A stretch of 55,645 nt of DNA, counting the filler, from Platydemus manokwari (lineage: Eukaryota), in the NCBI GenBank assembly GCA_037951405.1. It is 5 parts of 5 records of this genome, joined end to end, with 100 filler letters (N's around TTAATTAATTAA, not from the genome) between each part and the next. Parts side by side here need not be neighbours in the genome. Positions count along the whole stretch, not along the records: positions 13,389 to 23,796 come from JBBMOY011135995.1; positions 23,897 to 32,812 come from JBBMOY011330094.1; 3 more parts are not named here. One strand, given 5' to 3'. Below the pieces are notes generated by a model. The model did no database searches. It saw only the letters and a program-made list of their open reading frames with translations, and was not told the DNA's origin. Below, one piece after another: positions 13,389 to 28,569 of the stretch. Numbering within the stretch: the stretch's first letter is position 1; the number at the start of each line of letters is the position of its first letter. A program made the position numbers and the translations under genes.

Positions 13389-15171
13389 TAATCGATATAA
13401 TTTATCACTACATGCAGCTTCCATCAATTGAAATATATTCCTATATATAATGATACAAATGAGATTAAAAACAGTATAGATTTCACCAAACACTTATTCA
13501 TAATATGACATTATTAGATATGAAAGTAAAGATTTCATTTCAATAAATCGATATTTTTCTATGTGAATCTTGAAATATTGATATATTGAAAAGAAAATCG
13601 TAATATTCAGTCTAACATGATATCGCCAAATCAATCGAATGACAGCATTCTCATTTGATATAAATAACAACACTGTTAATGAATATAAAATCATCGATTA
13701 TGAATTCCATTACAATGAGCAATTAAAGAAATTCTAATTTATTTGTTGAAAAAATATAATAATAATAATAATAATAATAAATAAAATTTATTACTTTTAC
13801 AAAAACAGAAACACTTATAGAAAAATGCTAACGAAATGAAATACCTCTTTACTGTTATCATGATTTTCAAATTCATTCAATGAAAACAACAACGAAATAA
13901 TCTACACACTTAACAGACTCATAAATGATAAATAAATTATAATATTACGACATTATATCCGTATAATATACATCAATACGAACAGGCATGTCATGGATTC
14001 CCATAACTAGATTCTATTCCAACTTAATTTACATTTGAATGAAAGACATCAATTTATAAGACAACATATAACGTGTTGTAATGTTTGTAAATAGTTTTCG
14101 TTAACATTGAGTAAGCTGATCAATGACAGAATGAAATCACATAATAATTAAACATTAAAATTAACACCACTTATTTAAACTCAATTGAACTGAATCAATC
14201 AAATCGAAAATCCACTCACAATTTATTATAGATCAGTATTTAATTCATTGTTTTGTTCAATATAATGCCAAACATTTCAAAATTCTCGTTCGATAAATCT
14301 TTAAAATAACTTAATCAAATTTTGTTAAATTTGGTTGGCTGATGGATTGATGGGAAAAGATATCACGTGATTTAATAAATAACATTTGACAAGAAACAGC
14401 TAAAAATAGATCGACAATTCCATTTTCAATAACCATTACAAACCACTTCTAGTTCCAGGTGAATCTAAGAATCTTGTATTTAGTTTCCAATTAATTGATA
14501 TCAGTTTTTAATAACTTAATTAGATTTTTTTAATAAAATCAATTAATATAAATACTCAGTTGATATGACAACAACCAAATATGAACGATATATAAATGTT
14601 GTCAAAGGCTGGTGCAGTAGATGAGTCAATAAATAAATATTTGTAAATGTTGTAGAAATCAAATCATTTTATTGTGGGTGGATCACAGTTAAAAATGATG
14701 GTATCTAATAATACATAACGGATAATATTGTCGAATAGTGTTCTCACTTCAAACAATATCTCCGTCACGTACTCTTAACCATTTTTAAAGACCCTAATCA
14801 AATGTTAAAGTAAAAGAACAGAAAACGTCACTGGGTTATTTGGAAGAAATGTTGTAGTCAGAAATTTTGAAACTACGAATAATGAAGACGAATGTCACAA
14901 GAACATTTATTTCTGATAGATCAATCTGTTTAATTGAAGAAAACATTACAAATTAGGAGTGAATAAATTAATTAAGTGGCCTGTGCTGTTTTGTGGTATA
15001 ATGGAATTCAAATAGTGTTCCATATTTTATGACAACCTGTGATTTTTTAATATTTTTTCCTAATACTGCCCCGCAGGCATTATTTGGAGTTATATATTAC
15101 CTATATGTTGTTCAAAAATACAAATCATTTACAAGCTTTTTTTATTTAAATGAGAAAAATCAATAATTTAC

Positions 15172-18100
15172 CTTCATTATATTCCATTTATGTTTGACAT
15201 TTGGATACCTATGATCAATATTTTCGATCATGTCTTTCAAATGACAGAAATCTTCTTTCAAATCTTCAGATGATTTATAATATCTTTCCACTTTGTCAAA
15301 TATATTGTTCCATCGTTCGATTTGATCGATCACTTTGTTTGTCAGACATGTGTATTGATTGTTGATTTTTATACTTATCGAGCTACTAGCAGCAGCCGAT
15401 TCGAGATTTTCAGCACCACTATTTAATTGTGGAGAATATATTAACGTTGTCAATTGATCATCAGCTATCATCATTTTGATCAGTTCCGATGAATTGTTTT
15501 CGATTTCTTGTTTCAAATTCTGAAAACGTTCATTGTGAAAATATCGAATAAATAAATCCAAATCGTTTCGTACTTTTAGAAATTTGATTTTTTCTTTCAA
15601 AGAATTATCATTCAATTGAATGGGTTTAGTGAAATGTGATTCACTCTTCTTTTCAATTTCTAATAACCACGTCTCAAATTGATCTTGATTTGCTGTCAAT
15701 TCTTGCCACTTAATTTTCAAGTCCTCAAGAATAATCATCCACCGTTGCAACTTTATTATAAAATATAAATATAAAAATAAACTGATAATAACAATAATAA
15801 TTATTATTATCATTATGAAATGATATTATTAATAATATTTATAATAAAATAGTAATAATAATAATAATAGATAATCGATTTAATTCATTTTTAATCTGAA
15901 ACCGCATTTTACAAACCATCAATTGAATGAAAACAACAATTGAATTATTAAATCAGATAAAGCCATCCAGTGAGCTAAAATATGCATTTTAATATTTGTT
16001 TGTGCCGTGTAATCAAATGCTAACACAAAAAAATAATACAACAAAAGCTCATCAAATTTCTGTTTATAAAATGGCTTCTTACTGTTATGCATCAAAGATT
16101 TATAAATACAGTTATTTCGATGAGGTTGATAATGATCGTATTTGGAGTTGGAGTAAACAGAAATATAATTCCATGATATTATAAACATCGAATATTATTA
16201 TTTCCCATAACGGTGAAATATGTAATAACATATAAATTCATCCACTTACAGATTGCCAAATATCAACCAAGTTCACTGATAATTTTGCATATCTCAATTG
16301 AAGTATATCATTTGAAGAAACTTGTACGAATGAAGATTCCAGTAATTCTCGATCTAGGATAATTTTGGGCCAAGAAACACCACAAAAATCGACTACATGA
16401 TTGATTTTATCGGTGGTTTCCTAAATGTAATAAATAATTATGAAAACAATATTATTATTATTTATTATTATTATTAAAGATATTTAAAACATGAAAAATA
16501 TTAAAGTATCTCATAATAAAAATGATAAAATAAATCCCGTTTAATATAATGAAACAATTCTCGATTAAACATACACATGAATTGAAAAAATATTATTTTA
16601 TTAAGAAAATATAAATTATTAAACCAATTATTTCTATTCTTTGTTCAATTAGTAAATTAATCCCACGATTTTAAAATGATTATGATGATGATCAAATCGT
16701 TGGGATACACAGCTAATGGCTCATCGATATACCAACAGGTTTGTCAATACCAACAAGAGCATAGAATTCACTAACTCTATAAATAATGAAATATCAAATC
16801 AAAAATATGTATAGCTTAATGTTAACAACTAATATGATAGAAATGATTGATAAAATCATATTTTAACAGATGTTAAGGCTACATCTTTGAATCTATTATG
16901 TGGAATGAATTAAAATATACACTAATACGAATCATTGAAGGTATACATCAGAGATGGCCAACTTTTGTGTACGTAAGATCGACTTTTCATTTGAATAACA
17001 TCTCACGCGATAGACTAAAATTGGCTTCAAGATCGACCGGTTGGCCACCCCTGGTATACATGACCAGAATATAAGAATAAAACGGAGATTAGATGGATCA
17101 GCTTCGATTGAATAAATGAAGCTTATGAATTAAAATATCTCTCTTGAATTGGTGATGATTAAAAAGATTGTGATTCAGAGTTCTCAGCACAATACCATTT
17201 GTGAATACATTGATTAGATCACAAAACACCCTCAAATTGGTAGATGAATTGATATTATTTAAAATTGTTGAGTGCAATTATTTTCATGGAATATTTGATA
17301 ATAATAATAAACCAATAAAACAATACTGATTTTATTGAATAAAGAGATATTTGAGATCCAATATCACAAAAGTCTAGATAAATCATACGCGTTTACTAAA
17401 GAATTGTGGAAAACTCAATTCTGTAAGACTTATGGATTTGGTGATAAAAGTTCTTTAGATCCATCAGTATTGAATATAACCGAGGAATTCGCCCTTACAA
17501 CAACACGTAAAAATACATAATACAAATAATGACTAGCTGAGAAATGACTACTCGTGATATAATTTTATTTTTATTTTAACTCATCCATCACAGCTACCGA
17601 ACAATTTCTATATCAGAGGTGTACAAACTAGGGGGGTCTAAAATTTGATAAAATTATTAATTAATAAAAAAGGATAATTTGAATTATATCTTCCTGTGAA
17701 GATGTTTATTTCATTTAAATAGTATTTCATATGGGAGTTATGACCTATTATGGGGCAAATTTTAGGGGCTTCAGTAGCTAATATTAAAAATTTGCGCACC
17801 CGTGTTCTATATCATCGATTTAATAAATCTTTCTTATAGATAAAAGATTCTTTGATAACTCATTCAATTGTATTGTAATGGAAATCTTTTTTCATGGATA
17901 ATATTTTTGATACAACTCGATATAAAGAAGAATCTAAATGATCACGATAAATGAAAACTATAGGAAATCTATAATTAAAATGAATTTGTGGCATCTTTCC
18001 GAATTTAGAAAGGTCAATTGGAACCAATCCAACAAATTGTTTTTTATAAAATAAGTTGACAAATATACTCACTTCAACATAGGCTATTTTGATTCGGGTT

Positions 18101-21100
18101 TCTGTAATTCTGATAATACATTGTTTGCTACTGACAATTGATGTTTTGATCTGGTCTTTATACCATTCAGGGAATGTGGAATTGACAAAGTCTTCTGTTT
18201 CCTTTATGATCCGTTCGAATTCACTCATTGGACAATTATCGGATATCTATGAAAGCAAATCATTTCATCGTTTTCCCTTGTTTGACAAATTAGTATTTAT
18301 GCCAACCTGTACAATTTGATCACACAATCCATTATACTGTTCCAAAACTTTTTCCAATAAACCATTAACTGACATTTGAATATTTAAATTTGCTTTGACA
18401 ATGTCGAAATTGTTTATGTCGACTTTTAATTTTTCCAATTGCCGGATTTTCGTCTTATGTAAATCATGACAATCATCTTGTAATTGATTCAAAATTGTTT
18501 TCTGATCAATCGGAGAAAATTCTTGATTCAATAATATTTGTTTTTCATCAATCCAATTAAATATGAATGTAGCGATTTCTTTGAAATTGTAGAGATAATT
18601 ATCTAAATCCGTCGTAACATCCAGCGTTAGCTAAAATGAAATTAATACCATTTACATTATGATCTATATTTATATGCCTACATTAAGTTAAAATTTGCAA
18701 CTTAGACACTACTGATTAATGTAAGTAGACAGTTTTGTTTAAAATTTAGTTAACATTTAGTTAGATTTAATTTCAATAATTAAATTTAGTTTTGTTATTA
18801 TTTTGCTTTGTTATGTTAAATAATAATTTCAACAAAATTAAAAAAAAACTATTAGAAACTATAAACAAAGCTATGATATAATGAATAATAATTAAATCTT
18901 GAAAATTATACTAAAAATTCATTAACAATGAATTAAAAAGAGTTTCAAATTTATCAGTGGCAGTACTTCGAAGCTTAGGATGTACAAATAGAATTTTTAA
19001 ATTATTTGTCTCGCAGAATGTCAATTCCATATTTGATAATGAATAATAACAGAATCATTTATCACATAAATAAGAAATATATATTTATCAACCATATAAT
19101 ATCAAATAAATTAAAATGTGCAAGTTTAAAATATAAATGTATGGAATTTATTTTAAGAGTTATTGATAATTTGTGAATTTAAAACGTGTTCAAGCATCAC
19201 TTGCATCATGGGAAAATCGACTTCTTTTGTCTTTTTCTTAATATAGTAAAGAAACAAGTCTCACGTGGATAAGTTGAAGAAAAAATTAATAATAGATTTA
19301 TAAAGTCAGTTAAAATGATTAAGATTTTTGGAAAGACTTTAAAATTGACGACAGTTTCCCTGCGCTTCTATCAGGTTATCGAGTCCTTCGAGTCACTTTT
19401 AAGAGAAATAATAAGAGCTAATTATTCCTCCAAGTATTTTCATCCTTTTCACTAAAAAATTCAAAGAAATTTTCTTGAATCAGGATCAAAATATCTTGTC
19501 TACTTTCAAACTGAAAATTATATTTAAAGATCACACAAATATTTTCATTTATAAAATAGTTCATTTAACGGAATCCAAGGTCAATAAACTTCCAAAGGTA
19601 GCAATTATCAGGAAATTAAGCTAAATTTTCAATCAGAATCTCATTTTAATATTCAACAAAATGTTCGATGACATTTCCCTACCAAATCATCAAAGATTAT
19701 GACCATATGAGTCGAAACCAGTTGATTTCTACCAAGGAGGCATTGGAAATCTTATTGGAGAAGTTAAAAACAACCAGGCAGAATACATTATTGATCAATT
19801 AGCGGTTTATTTTTTATTTTAAAATAAACTCAAGACCTTTTTTAATAAAACGGAGTGAAGTTAATTGCCAACCTAATATAATATTAAACCACCATAAAAA
19901 TGATTTAATTTCTTCCAATAATAAATATTTATTCGATGAAAAATATGATTAATTTCTTCTAATCCAACTTCGACACTCAATATCACGTATATGATTTCTT
20001 GTAGCATATCAAAACCATGCAATTCTTCATATTTTGTAAAAATTGTCAATCGAACATGCGAAGTGATCTCAAATGAGTTCCCTTAAATTTGGTCTCCAAT
20101 ATTTCATATTATAGCCAATATCTGGACTATAAACGAGTTGCCCAACAAATATAAGCTTCATAATAAAAGAAAAAGTATATACTACAGAAAAGCTCTTTTA
20201 CCGAAGGATCTTTAATACCAAATCTATACTTGACTGGCTACTCAAATGTATCAAAAGAATTTTTCTAGTAGTCGTTTTAAAATCAATCAAAATTATAAAC
20301 GGAATTTATCAACTTAACTGACAAAATATCAGCAATTTCAATATAATGTCAACAGAACAGATATTATTGATATATATATTTTTTCATAATAAAAATATGT
20401 TGCCAATCAAAATATGTTGATGTTTGTTGAATTTGAAAATTTAAACAATGAGACGAAAGGTCATTAATAACGAGATTTATGTTTGAATAATTTAATTCAT
20501 CATTCATTCACAGCTAACTAGGAATGAAATTGCACTTCAAATATTTTACTATCGAACATTTTTATCGATAATATATTACAAAAATAAAACTAAAACGACA
20601 AACATTCGTTTTACTGTATCAATTGCGAATTTTCAATTATCGCCCATGTTTCTTCTTGAATGATCATGATTAATGGATATTTGATATGAAACTCAAAGAA
20701 TATACGATTTTCGCAATCCCTCCATTTTCTTTACAAAGTGCGTTATAAAATAACAGTTTGTACCAACTTCTGGTGGAAAAATTGAAATCCACGATGTATC
20801 ACAAATTAATGAATATCTTGTTAATGAGTATGATCCCCATAATTTTTCCAATATCAGTAATTTATCATAATATTAATATCAGAAGAGTTTCCATGTTTTT
20901 AAGGCTAAAAATTCATTTGAAAATATCAAGTTTACACTCCAAAAAATAACAATTTCCATTTCGGAAATACCTCTAACATGTCTTATAATATTTATCAAAC
21001 CCTTAAATTCTGGATTCATTTTTAAAAGATTTTAATAAAACAGAAAGGCATTTTTTACATATTTTACTTGAAGAGATTGAAGGGATATATATCTGATACA

Positions 21101-23712
21101 TAGATGACCATTTTAGTGAAGTGCTTATCGTAAATGTATTAAAAAATTTATAAAATCCTTTTAAAATTCTTATTATTTTGCTGAATACTTAACATTCCAA
21201 TCACCACCAACACAAAACAATGCACGTACCATCTTATTTTTACAGGAAATTATACACATGCTATACACACATTTTTATATACACTACAACCATTAGTTAT
21301 TTTTTCTGAACTAAACTGACAGACATAACGAATAAACAATGAGTAAAATCAATTTGCATACATATGTATCATTTGAATAGGATTTTTAATGGCCAAATTA
21401 ATTATATTTATCGGGTGTATAGGCTGTATTTTATGGTCACTATTCCATATCAAATTATTTGACGATCGATAGGTTTGTTTATGTCATCATTATTATCTTT
21501 ATATTAAAACAAAATTTAAACAATTTTAATGGTTTATTTACTTAAACTTTAAATTGTTAATCAAAAATATTGATATTAATGATTAACAAATCATCACAGA
21601 CCTTAAGTAATTCATTAAGGAACACATAATAATGTTATCAATATCTATTCAATTACATTTTGAATAAATATTAATACTGTTAGTAGCGGCTACTTCGCTT
21701 GTAATTGATGTTTCAACAGAAGAATTCATTTTCTTAAAATTTTATTTAATTACAACACTTAATACAATTTTTAAACAAATTATAATACCGGAAAGTTTCA
21801 ACATCTATCTTAATCAAGTCTATATATAAAAATATTAAAATAACTTTAAATTATCTTAATTTATATAATAAATTTTCAAACACTATTTTTAAAATTTATT
21901 ATCTTATTTATTATTTAAAATAATGATTTTAAAATTATTTAAAAATTATTTTAAATTATTTTGAAATTTTAAAATTATTATCATTTAATTAAAAGTAATG
22001 CTCACAAAGATTATTTCTAATATTTCTATATTACAATAGTAAATAGATCAGTTGTCATTGTTACATACCAACATACGTACATACACGCATATAAAATAAA
22101 TGAATAATAACTTGAAGATGATCATCATAATTTCGAAATTTCGATTTCAATAATTGGAATTCATTAGCAATCGAATCCTTGGTGTTCAATTGAGAAATGG
22201 AATTTTCCAACACATCCAATTCATTCTTCTTTTCTGTTAATTCATCAACCAACGGCTAAATGATATGACAAGTATATATATAATATTGAATCCAATCACA
22301 TTTTCATCCACAAAACATTACCTTCAAAGTGATAGCATTGTTATCCAAACTAAATGATTTTTCCAATAGATTTAAAGAATCTATTCCAATAGTAATCCAA
22401 TTTGAAATGTCTGCTATTTTTTGGCCTAATTTATTTTGTTCTTGTTGTGTTTTGTCGACTGATAATTTATTAGAATCCTGAGAAAAGAATATACTAAAAA
22501 ACTTATCCATAATTTTAACATTATCCACAGATATTTTTCAAATCAATACAATCGATTAATAAAATCAATTTATATTTATTCCTATAATATTCTAACCTGT
22601 ATGTCGGATTGAATTTTTGTCTCCTCGTCATAGTTGGAAATTGGAGAGAAAACAATTTCACGATTTAGATTTTCAACGATATTAGCTTCAAAATGTTCTT
22701 CCAAAATCTCTTGGGATTTGTAAATCTCATCTAATTGCAATTTGAGATCATCTAATATTTGAGATTGACGAATAAATTCTTCATCAATATTATTAATGGT
22801 GACGTTTTGTGCCATATATTTATTCAAATACACTTTATAGTTTTCTCGTGTTTTATCCAACTGTTCCTCGATGCTATACAAGATTTCAAAATCTACCATC
22901 GTATCGCTTCCATATTCAAAGTTCTCTAATGATTGTTTGACTTGTTCCAAATAGGAGTCGCTTTTTTTCAGTTCATTTTTAACGTGATCCAATAAAGTAA
23001 CCTTATCATAGAGATCATTGATTATATTTTCAGCATTATCCAATATATTTGATAATGAATCTAAAGTTTTCTGTTTACTGTTCATGACATTTGGATGATT
23101 GATCTCTACCAATTGTGTCCTTAAATGATTTAATTCTTCTCTTAATATCTCAATATCATTTATATCTGTCACTGATCGGTTGTTAAGCTCATTTGACCAT
23201 TGGATAATATTATCATTAATATTTTGTAATTTTTTTAATTGTTGTGATTTATCTTTGAGATCATTGAATGTTTTATTGTGAATAGAAGATAAAGTCGACA
23301 GTTTTTGCAGCAACTCATCAGAAAGTAAAGTTAAATCAACATGATCGTGATCCGACTGGAAAGATAAGCAGTCACAAGTGATGGATTGAATTCGGTCATT
23401 AAGTGATTCGATTTCTTGACCGAGATTTATCATAGCAACCAAAGCATTACTGGTTGAATCTAAATCACAATCGCAGTAGTCGACTTGATCAATTTGTTCT
23501 TTAATGGAATTTATCATTGCTATGATATTTTCTTTGTCATCGTTAATTTTCTTTAGATATTCCAAATACCGTATATTGGTTTTAACTTTATTTTTATCTT
23601 GTCCAATGCGATTTTCTATTTCCTGTAGTTCACTGTTATCCGTTAGTGTTGGATTTTCAGAAATCAATTCATTAACATTGTTCATATAATTACCAAGATT
23701 ATTTGACATCAC
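15172..23712 (-). CDS. Internal exons of a large spectrin-repeat/coiled-coil protein (nesprin/SYNE- or dystrophin-like)
   Basis: GT-AG exons 23712-22597, 22477-22322, 22255-22112, 18630-18307, 18246-18073, 16420-16250, 15750-15574 and 15519-15172, all multiples of 3 with phase-0 junctions. Helical repeats carry spectrin-type Trp (FETWLLEIE, IFNWIDEKQ, ISNWITIG, IIQWSNEL). Confidence 0.75.
16949..17053. mobile_element. hAT MITE, 105 bp (same family as 50917-51001)
   Basis: TIRs CAGAGATGGCCAAC / GTTGGCCACCCCTG; perfect 8-bp TSD GTATACAT. Confidence 0.85.
17614..17804. mobile_element. hAT MITE, 191 bp
   Basis: TIRs CAGAGGTGTACAAA / TTTGCGCACCCGTG; perfect 8-bp TSD TTCTATAT. Confidence 0.8.
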
Positions 23713-23796
23713 CTGTAAGATTTTAAATATTATCATTATTATAATTAATTATTATTATTATAATTAATAATAATAATCATAATAATAATTATTATT

Positions 23797-23896
23797 NNNN
23801 NNNNNNNNNNNNNNNNNNNNNNNNNNNNNNNNNNNNNNNNTTAATTAATTAANNNNNNNNNNNNNNNNNNNNNNNNNNNNNNNNNNNNNNNNNNNN
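23797..23896. other. Artificial contig spacer
   Basis: N44-TTAATTAATTAA-N44. Confidence 0.97.
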
Positions 23897-25149
23897 ATCC
23901 TCCATATAATCTTTCGTATATCTCGAATGTTCTCTTTTCGAGTTTTACCAATTTTCATATGCTGAAAATCATCAATTAACGTGAGATTTACAATCAAATG
24001 ATTAAACCTCCATTGGTTCAATTATGATTTAAGTAAAATCAGAAAATCTGTTTGGATTTATATTTTTCTGTCGTTATCGAGGTAAACAAATCTAACAACA
24101 ATACTGATTTGATTTTCGTGTAATTCGTCTGGGGCAGTGTAGTCAAAAATGAAAGCAATATTAATTTAATTTTGTTATTTAAAAAATATTGGAATTTATT
24201 TGTTTTAATGCGTGAATTTTTTCTTAAATGAATGTGAAATGTTTGACCACCCAGATATTATAATAAAAAGGACAAATGTCTAAAAATTCTACGAAACAGT
24301 ATCTGATAATAAATTTGGACTGTGGTAAATATTTTCTTAACACCAATTGTTAAAATTCATTACTATTAACGAAAAAACATGGCAGGAAAGAAATCAAAAT
24401 TGCCAATAAACGATATTAAATTGTGATGAATATCAAATATTTCCCACTCAAAAGTATTGTGTGAAGCTATTCTAAAGCTCAAAATACAATGTTATCCAAT
24501 ACTTTTTCCGCGTTTTATCTCCGGTTTTAATTTAAATGTGGGTGAAGAAAATTTTGATATTTAATGTATCTATTTTAATCAATTTACTTTTCAAGAGATT
24601 TTTAGTTTAGTTGTAATTAGGATGATATATAGCCATGTCATACTAAACTATCGCGTGAGGTATTCATCACAAATTTAGATAACTTTAATTATGGATAATA
24701 TACAGGTAATTGTTCTTTGTTCTTTATGTTTACGCGAGTTTAATACAACACACTACTAGCTGCAAGAATAACATATTTTATAATTCGGCAAAAACTAGCG
24801 TTTACAATAAATTCAGATGGTAGTTTTCGATATGTTCTTAGAAAAATTATAGAGAAGCATTCCCTATGTACAATGGATCACATGTGCTAAGAATCATAGT
24901 AAGGACTACTGCTAAACAATTCATTAGTTTCTTGGGCTTAGAATACATTTTAAAGAGCGTCCTGGCAGATAAAAACACAGTTTCACAGAGCCATCCACGT
25001 AAGTTTTCTTAACCGGATCATTAAGACCTGAAATATATTCCGTTCCCTGGTTGGCTAATTCAGAACCTCTTGATGAATAAAACAAAGGGAAAATGAAAAT
25101 TACACAATTTTTATTCATATATGAATTTCCATCGATTGACTTGATGAAA

Positions 25150-25750
25150 AATATAAACAAATGTCACGAGGAATTGCCAAAAAATTGGGAAATCAATACT
25201 AAAAGATTTACATTATTTGAGTTCTCAATCAATTCAAATTTAAAAGATAGAATTTTCAAAATAAAAGAAATGATCAGCGTGGATTTTTTTAATATGACAG
25301 AATACTTATTATCCAGAACGTATACACAATCTTAAAGTTCGATTAGATACCTGATAACTGGATTTATTATTTATATATTATGAAAACTAAATCGCTTAAT
25401 TTACATATAAAAAGAAAAGTGATGTTAATAGTGGTGATCTAAACGATTTTTAAACGTCCCGATTTGCTGATATGTGATGGATTTGTAATTGTGATAAATT
25501 ATGAGATATTTATTATTTGTAAATCTCGCTTCAAGGACAAGAGCAAAACATGAGATAAAGAAAAACTGTGAAGTCACTAATAAAATAATGACTCTAACTC
25601 GTTTGAATAAAAGTATTGGTCTCCATTCACAAAGACTTGTTAAAAAGCGCAGTACAACGCATATATATATATACATGACAAGAATTGCATTCCATTGAAA
25701 TATCGAACCTGTCATATGCTCAATGAGATGCTTGATGATTACTAAAACAA
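25150..25750 (+). pseudogene. Possible degenerate Ginger/KRBA2-like DDE integrase remnant
   Basis: Broken peptides GDLNDF..WICNCDK (resembling QxDLxDF..WIxxxxDHF) and HSQRLVKKRSTT (resembling PQSQGLVERxN); heavily decayed. Confidence 0.3.
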
Positions 25751-27544
25751 ATAAACACTTTCACGGATATAAAAGTAATTTGAAGATGACATCCGAACCT
25801 TGGAACTACAGATCACTCAAATCGACTAACACCACAATCATTCTTGAATATAAATCAAGTTTATATAATAATTTGAGATAGATAGATAGATCGGTTCAAG
25901 AATTATTGATTAATTAAGATCACAAATGATTCCAAATTATAAGCAAACCCGTTGATACGCCGAAATAATAACATTTTTAGTTTTCTGATATCGGGAAAGA
26001 AATTTATTGCGCATTAAAAATGGTCCAAATATAATGAGTTTATCAGGAATAACTTTTCAATTTAATAATCAAAAGGAACATTGCAATATTAAAATCATAT
26101 TAGTGTTGGCTCGTTGGAACTGACTCCAATACAACTGATTTTTTGATTTCTATCGATATTGTAAACAAGGCCACAGATTCCAAGTTATTGAACAAGGCTA
26201 ACAATTTATAATTAATCATGACCAATTACTTTTAATACAAGAAAACGTTAAAATAAATAGAATGAATTAAGGAATATACATATTATAGTCAAATGAAATT
26301 GACTGTATTATTGTCGATTCATTAAAATGTAATAGAATCAATAATACAGACTTTTGGTATTCCAATAATAATTATCACAAATACTATTCAAACAATACCA
26401 AAATGAGGCTCTCTTATATCTATGTGAGAGCTCATTTGATCGAATTTCAGTTTGTCCGAACCCATGTAATTCATCGATATATCATAACCCAGCGGTGTTT
26501 ATTTGATCTTAATAATTTCGAACATGACCAAAGACATTCATAGACTTTAAAACAATATTTTCCAAATATTAAACCTTATTACAATAATTTTAAACCAAAC
26601 AGCTCTATGTTCTTTCAAAAAATCATTCTCATCAATATATAATTTTTAAATGAGTTCTAAACATTGTTAATATCGAATTCATTGAACAAATATTACTTCA
26701 TCTAATAATAGATTCTCAACTAATCCGCCTACTGTCTCATGATTAATGTCTCGATCAAATCTTCATTCCACTATAAATATGAATATTTATTTATCTCAAC
26801 CAAATAACCAACGAAAAAAAAATTCCCGTTTAAGCATGAGTTAATTTAAAAGGATTAGATATATTGTGAAACTAGTTTGCAAATTATAATAAAATCTGGA
26901 ATAATTTTTCCACACGGCCACACAATAATTGATAAGTTTTATTTCTTGAACTGGATATTAATATTTTTTCCTTAATTTTAGTTTACTTTATAAATATCTT
27001 TTCATTTTATTTAATTATTCAATTCATTAATATTCCAGTGAATTTTGTAATAATATTTTAATAATAAAGACATATTATTAATAAATAATAATTTGTAAAT
27101 TTTATAACTAGATAATTATAATTTATTATTTATAAAAAACAGAATGCTATTGATGGCATTTAAAAATTTCTTTACTTTGTAGTGACATTTATTAAATTAT
27201 TCAATTTTTGGATTTTCTCTGTATTAACATCATTAATTATTCATTTATAACTTGCTTAAGTATAGAAAAGGTAAAATGAAATAATGAGAATGGATATCAG
27301 ATAAATTAAAAACTAGAAAACACAGATAATCAATTGCATCACCGAAATAGTGAGTTCAGAAACAAAAATAAACTCCATCTGAAATAGTGACCGAGTTGTG
27401 TAAGAATTTATTTAATTTAAGATTCTATAATCACTAGTGCTATATAAATCAATAAGATAATAAATAACAGTGTCAACACATAATTAATAAATTTTAGAAA
27501 TCTTTTGGAAATAAATAAGAAAAAAAAATAGATTCAAATTTTGA

Positions 27545-27671
27545 AAAATTTTAAATCAGATTTTTTAGAATATCAATTTGTTTAAATAATTGTCATCAAA
27601 ACATAATTTGATGTCGTGACTTATCAGTTCGGGTTAAATACGTGCTTTATAAAATAATAGCGACTTACAAT
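27545..27671 (+). repeat. Dispersed ~100-130 bp repeat, copy A (candidate Maverick terminus)
   Basis: Aligns by eye with 31430-31544 and 41405-41501; ends CTTTATAAAATAATAGCGACTTACAAT. Confidence 0.7.
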
Positions 27672-28569
27672 ATGAACAAAAGAATAGGAAAATAGAATAT
27701 TATCAGATAAATATAATAAAATTTCAAATTATACCACTTCAATGGTAGCTGCAAGAGGAATCAAGAAAAGAGATACTCTATTGATATTTATGGTAATAAA
27801 TGTTTGTCCGGTATTGAATAGTCATAAAATATTCAACAAATTAAATTATGTGAATCAACACAAAATTAAATGTAAGTGCAGTTCAATAAGAACGATATAT
27901 AAATACATAATTTTATTTCGAAGAGTTATATTGATATGAAGTGCCTTTAAATTAAAATGGAGTCTCGTACAATTGTAGCACGCGATATCGAATTTGTAGC
28001 TGGTACGTATGTTTTTTCTTTTACATTTGGAGATATCATAAAGATATCAAATGCGTATTATGTAGATCAAATAAAACTAACAGGAACATTGAAGCACTGA
28101 AATTTGGTTAACCAAAAAATGCAAATCGCTACGAAATAAAAACATTTTTGTATAACAATGAAGTTGCTAATAAATATTTCACACTATTTTACACCATGTG
28201 AAAGATGTTTAAAGGTATTAACTATTTAGACAAGGTGTATGTAATAGATTTTGTTCAAAAGCAAATTTTTTTTTTAATTTCTAATTGATGTCTCATTAAA
28301 CTTCTTCACAGATTTTGCAACGATTTTATTTCAAAGATCTTTCAAAATTTACTACAAATACAGTCTTGATTTATTAATATTTTATATGCATGCATTGAAA
28401 ACCACAGATAAAATAAAACGTTAAAGTTCGTGCGCATTTATTATAGTTATTTCCATGGTTTTGTTTAAGTATTCTACTGTTGATATTCTTTCAATACAAT
28501 AAAAATTGTAAAAAATATCTTTAAAAGATTAGTTAATAATTAATTTTGTGATTCCAAAAATTAGGCATG

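Noticed and set aside
19180-21240. Possible TE coding debris in the spectrin-repeat gene intron
   Set aside because: No diagnostic motif series could be recovered by hand.
26401-26438. Short hairpin AAATGAGGCTCTC...GAGAGCTCATTT
   Set aside because: It is too short for a pre-miRNA, with no TSD and no Helitron CTRR end.
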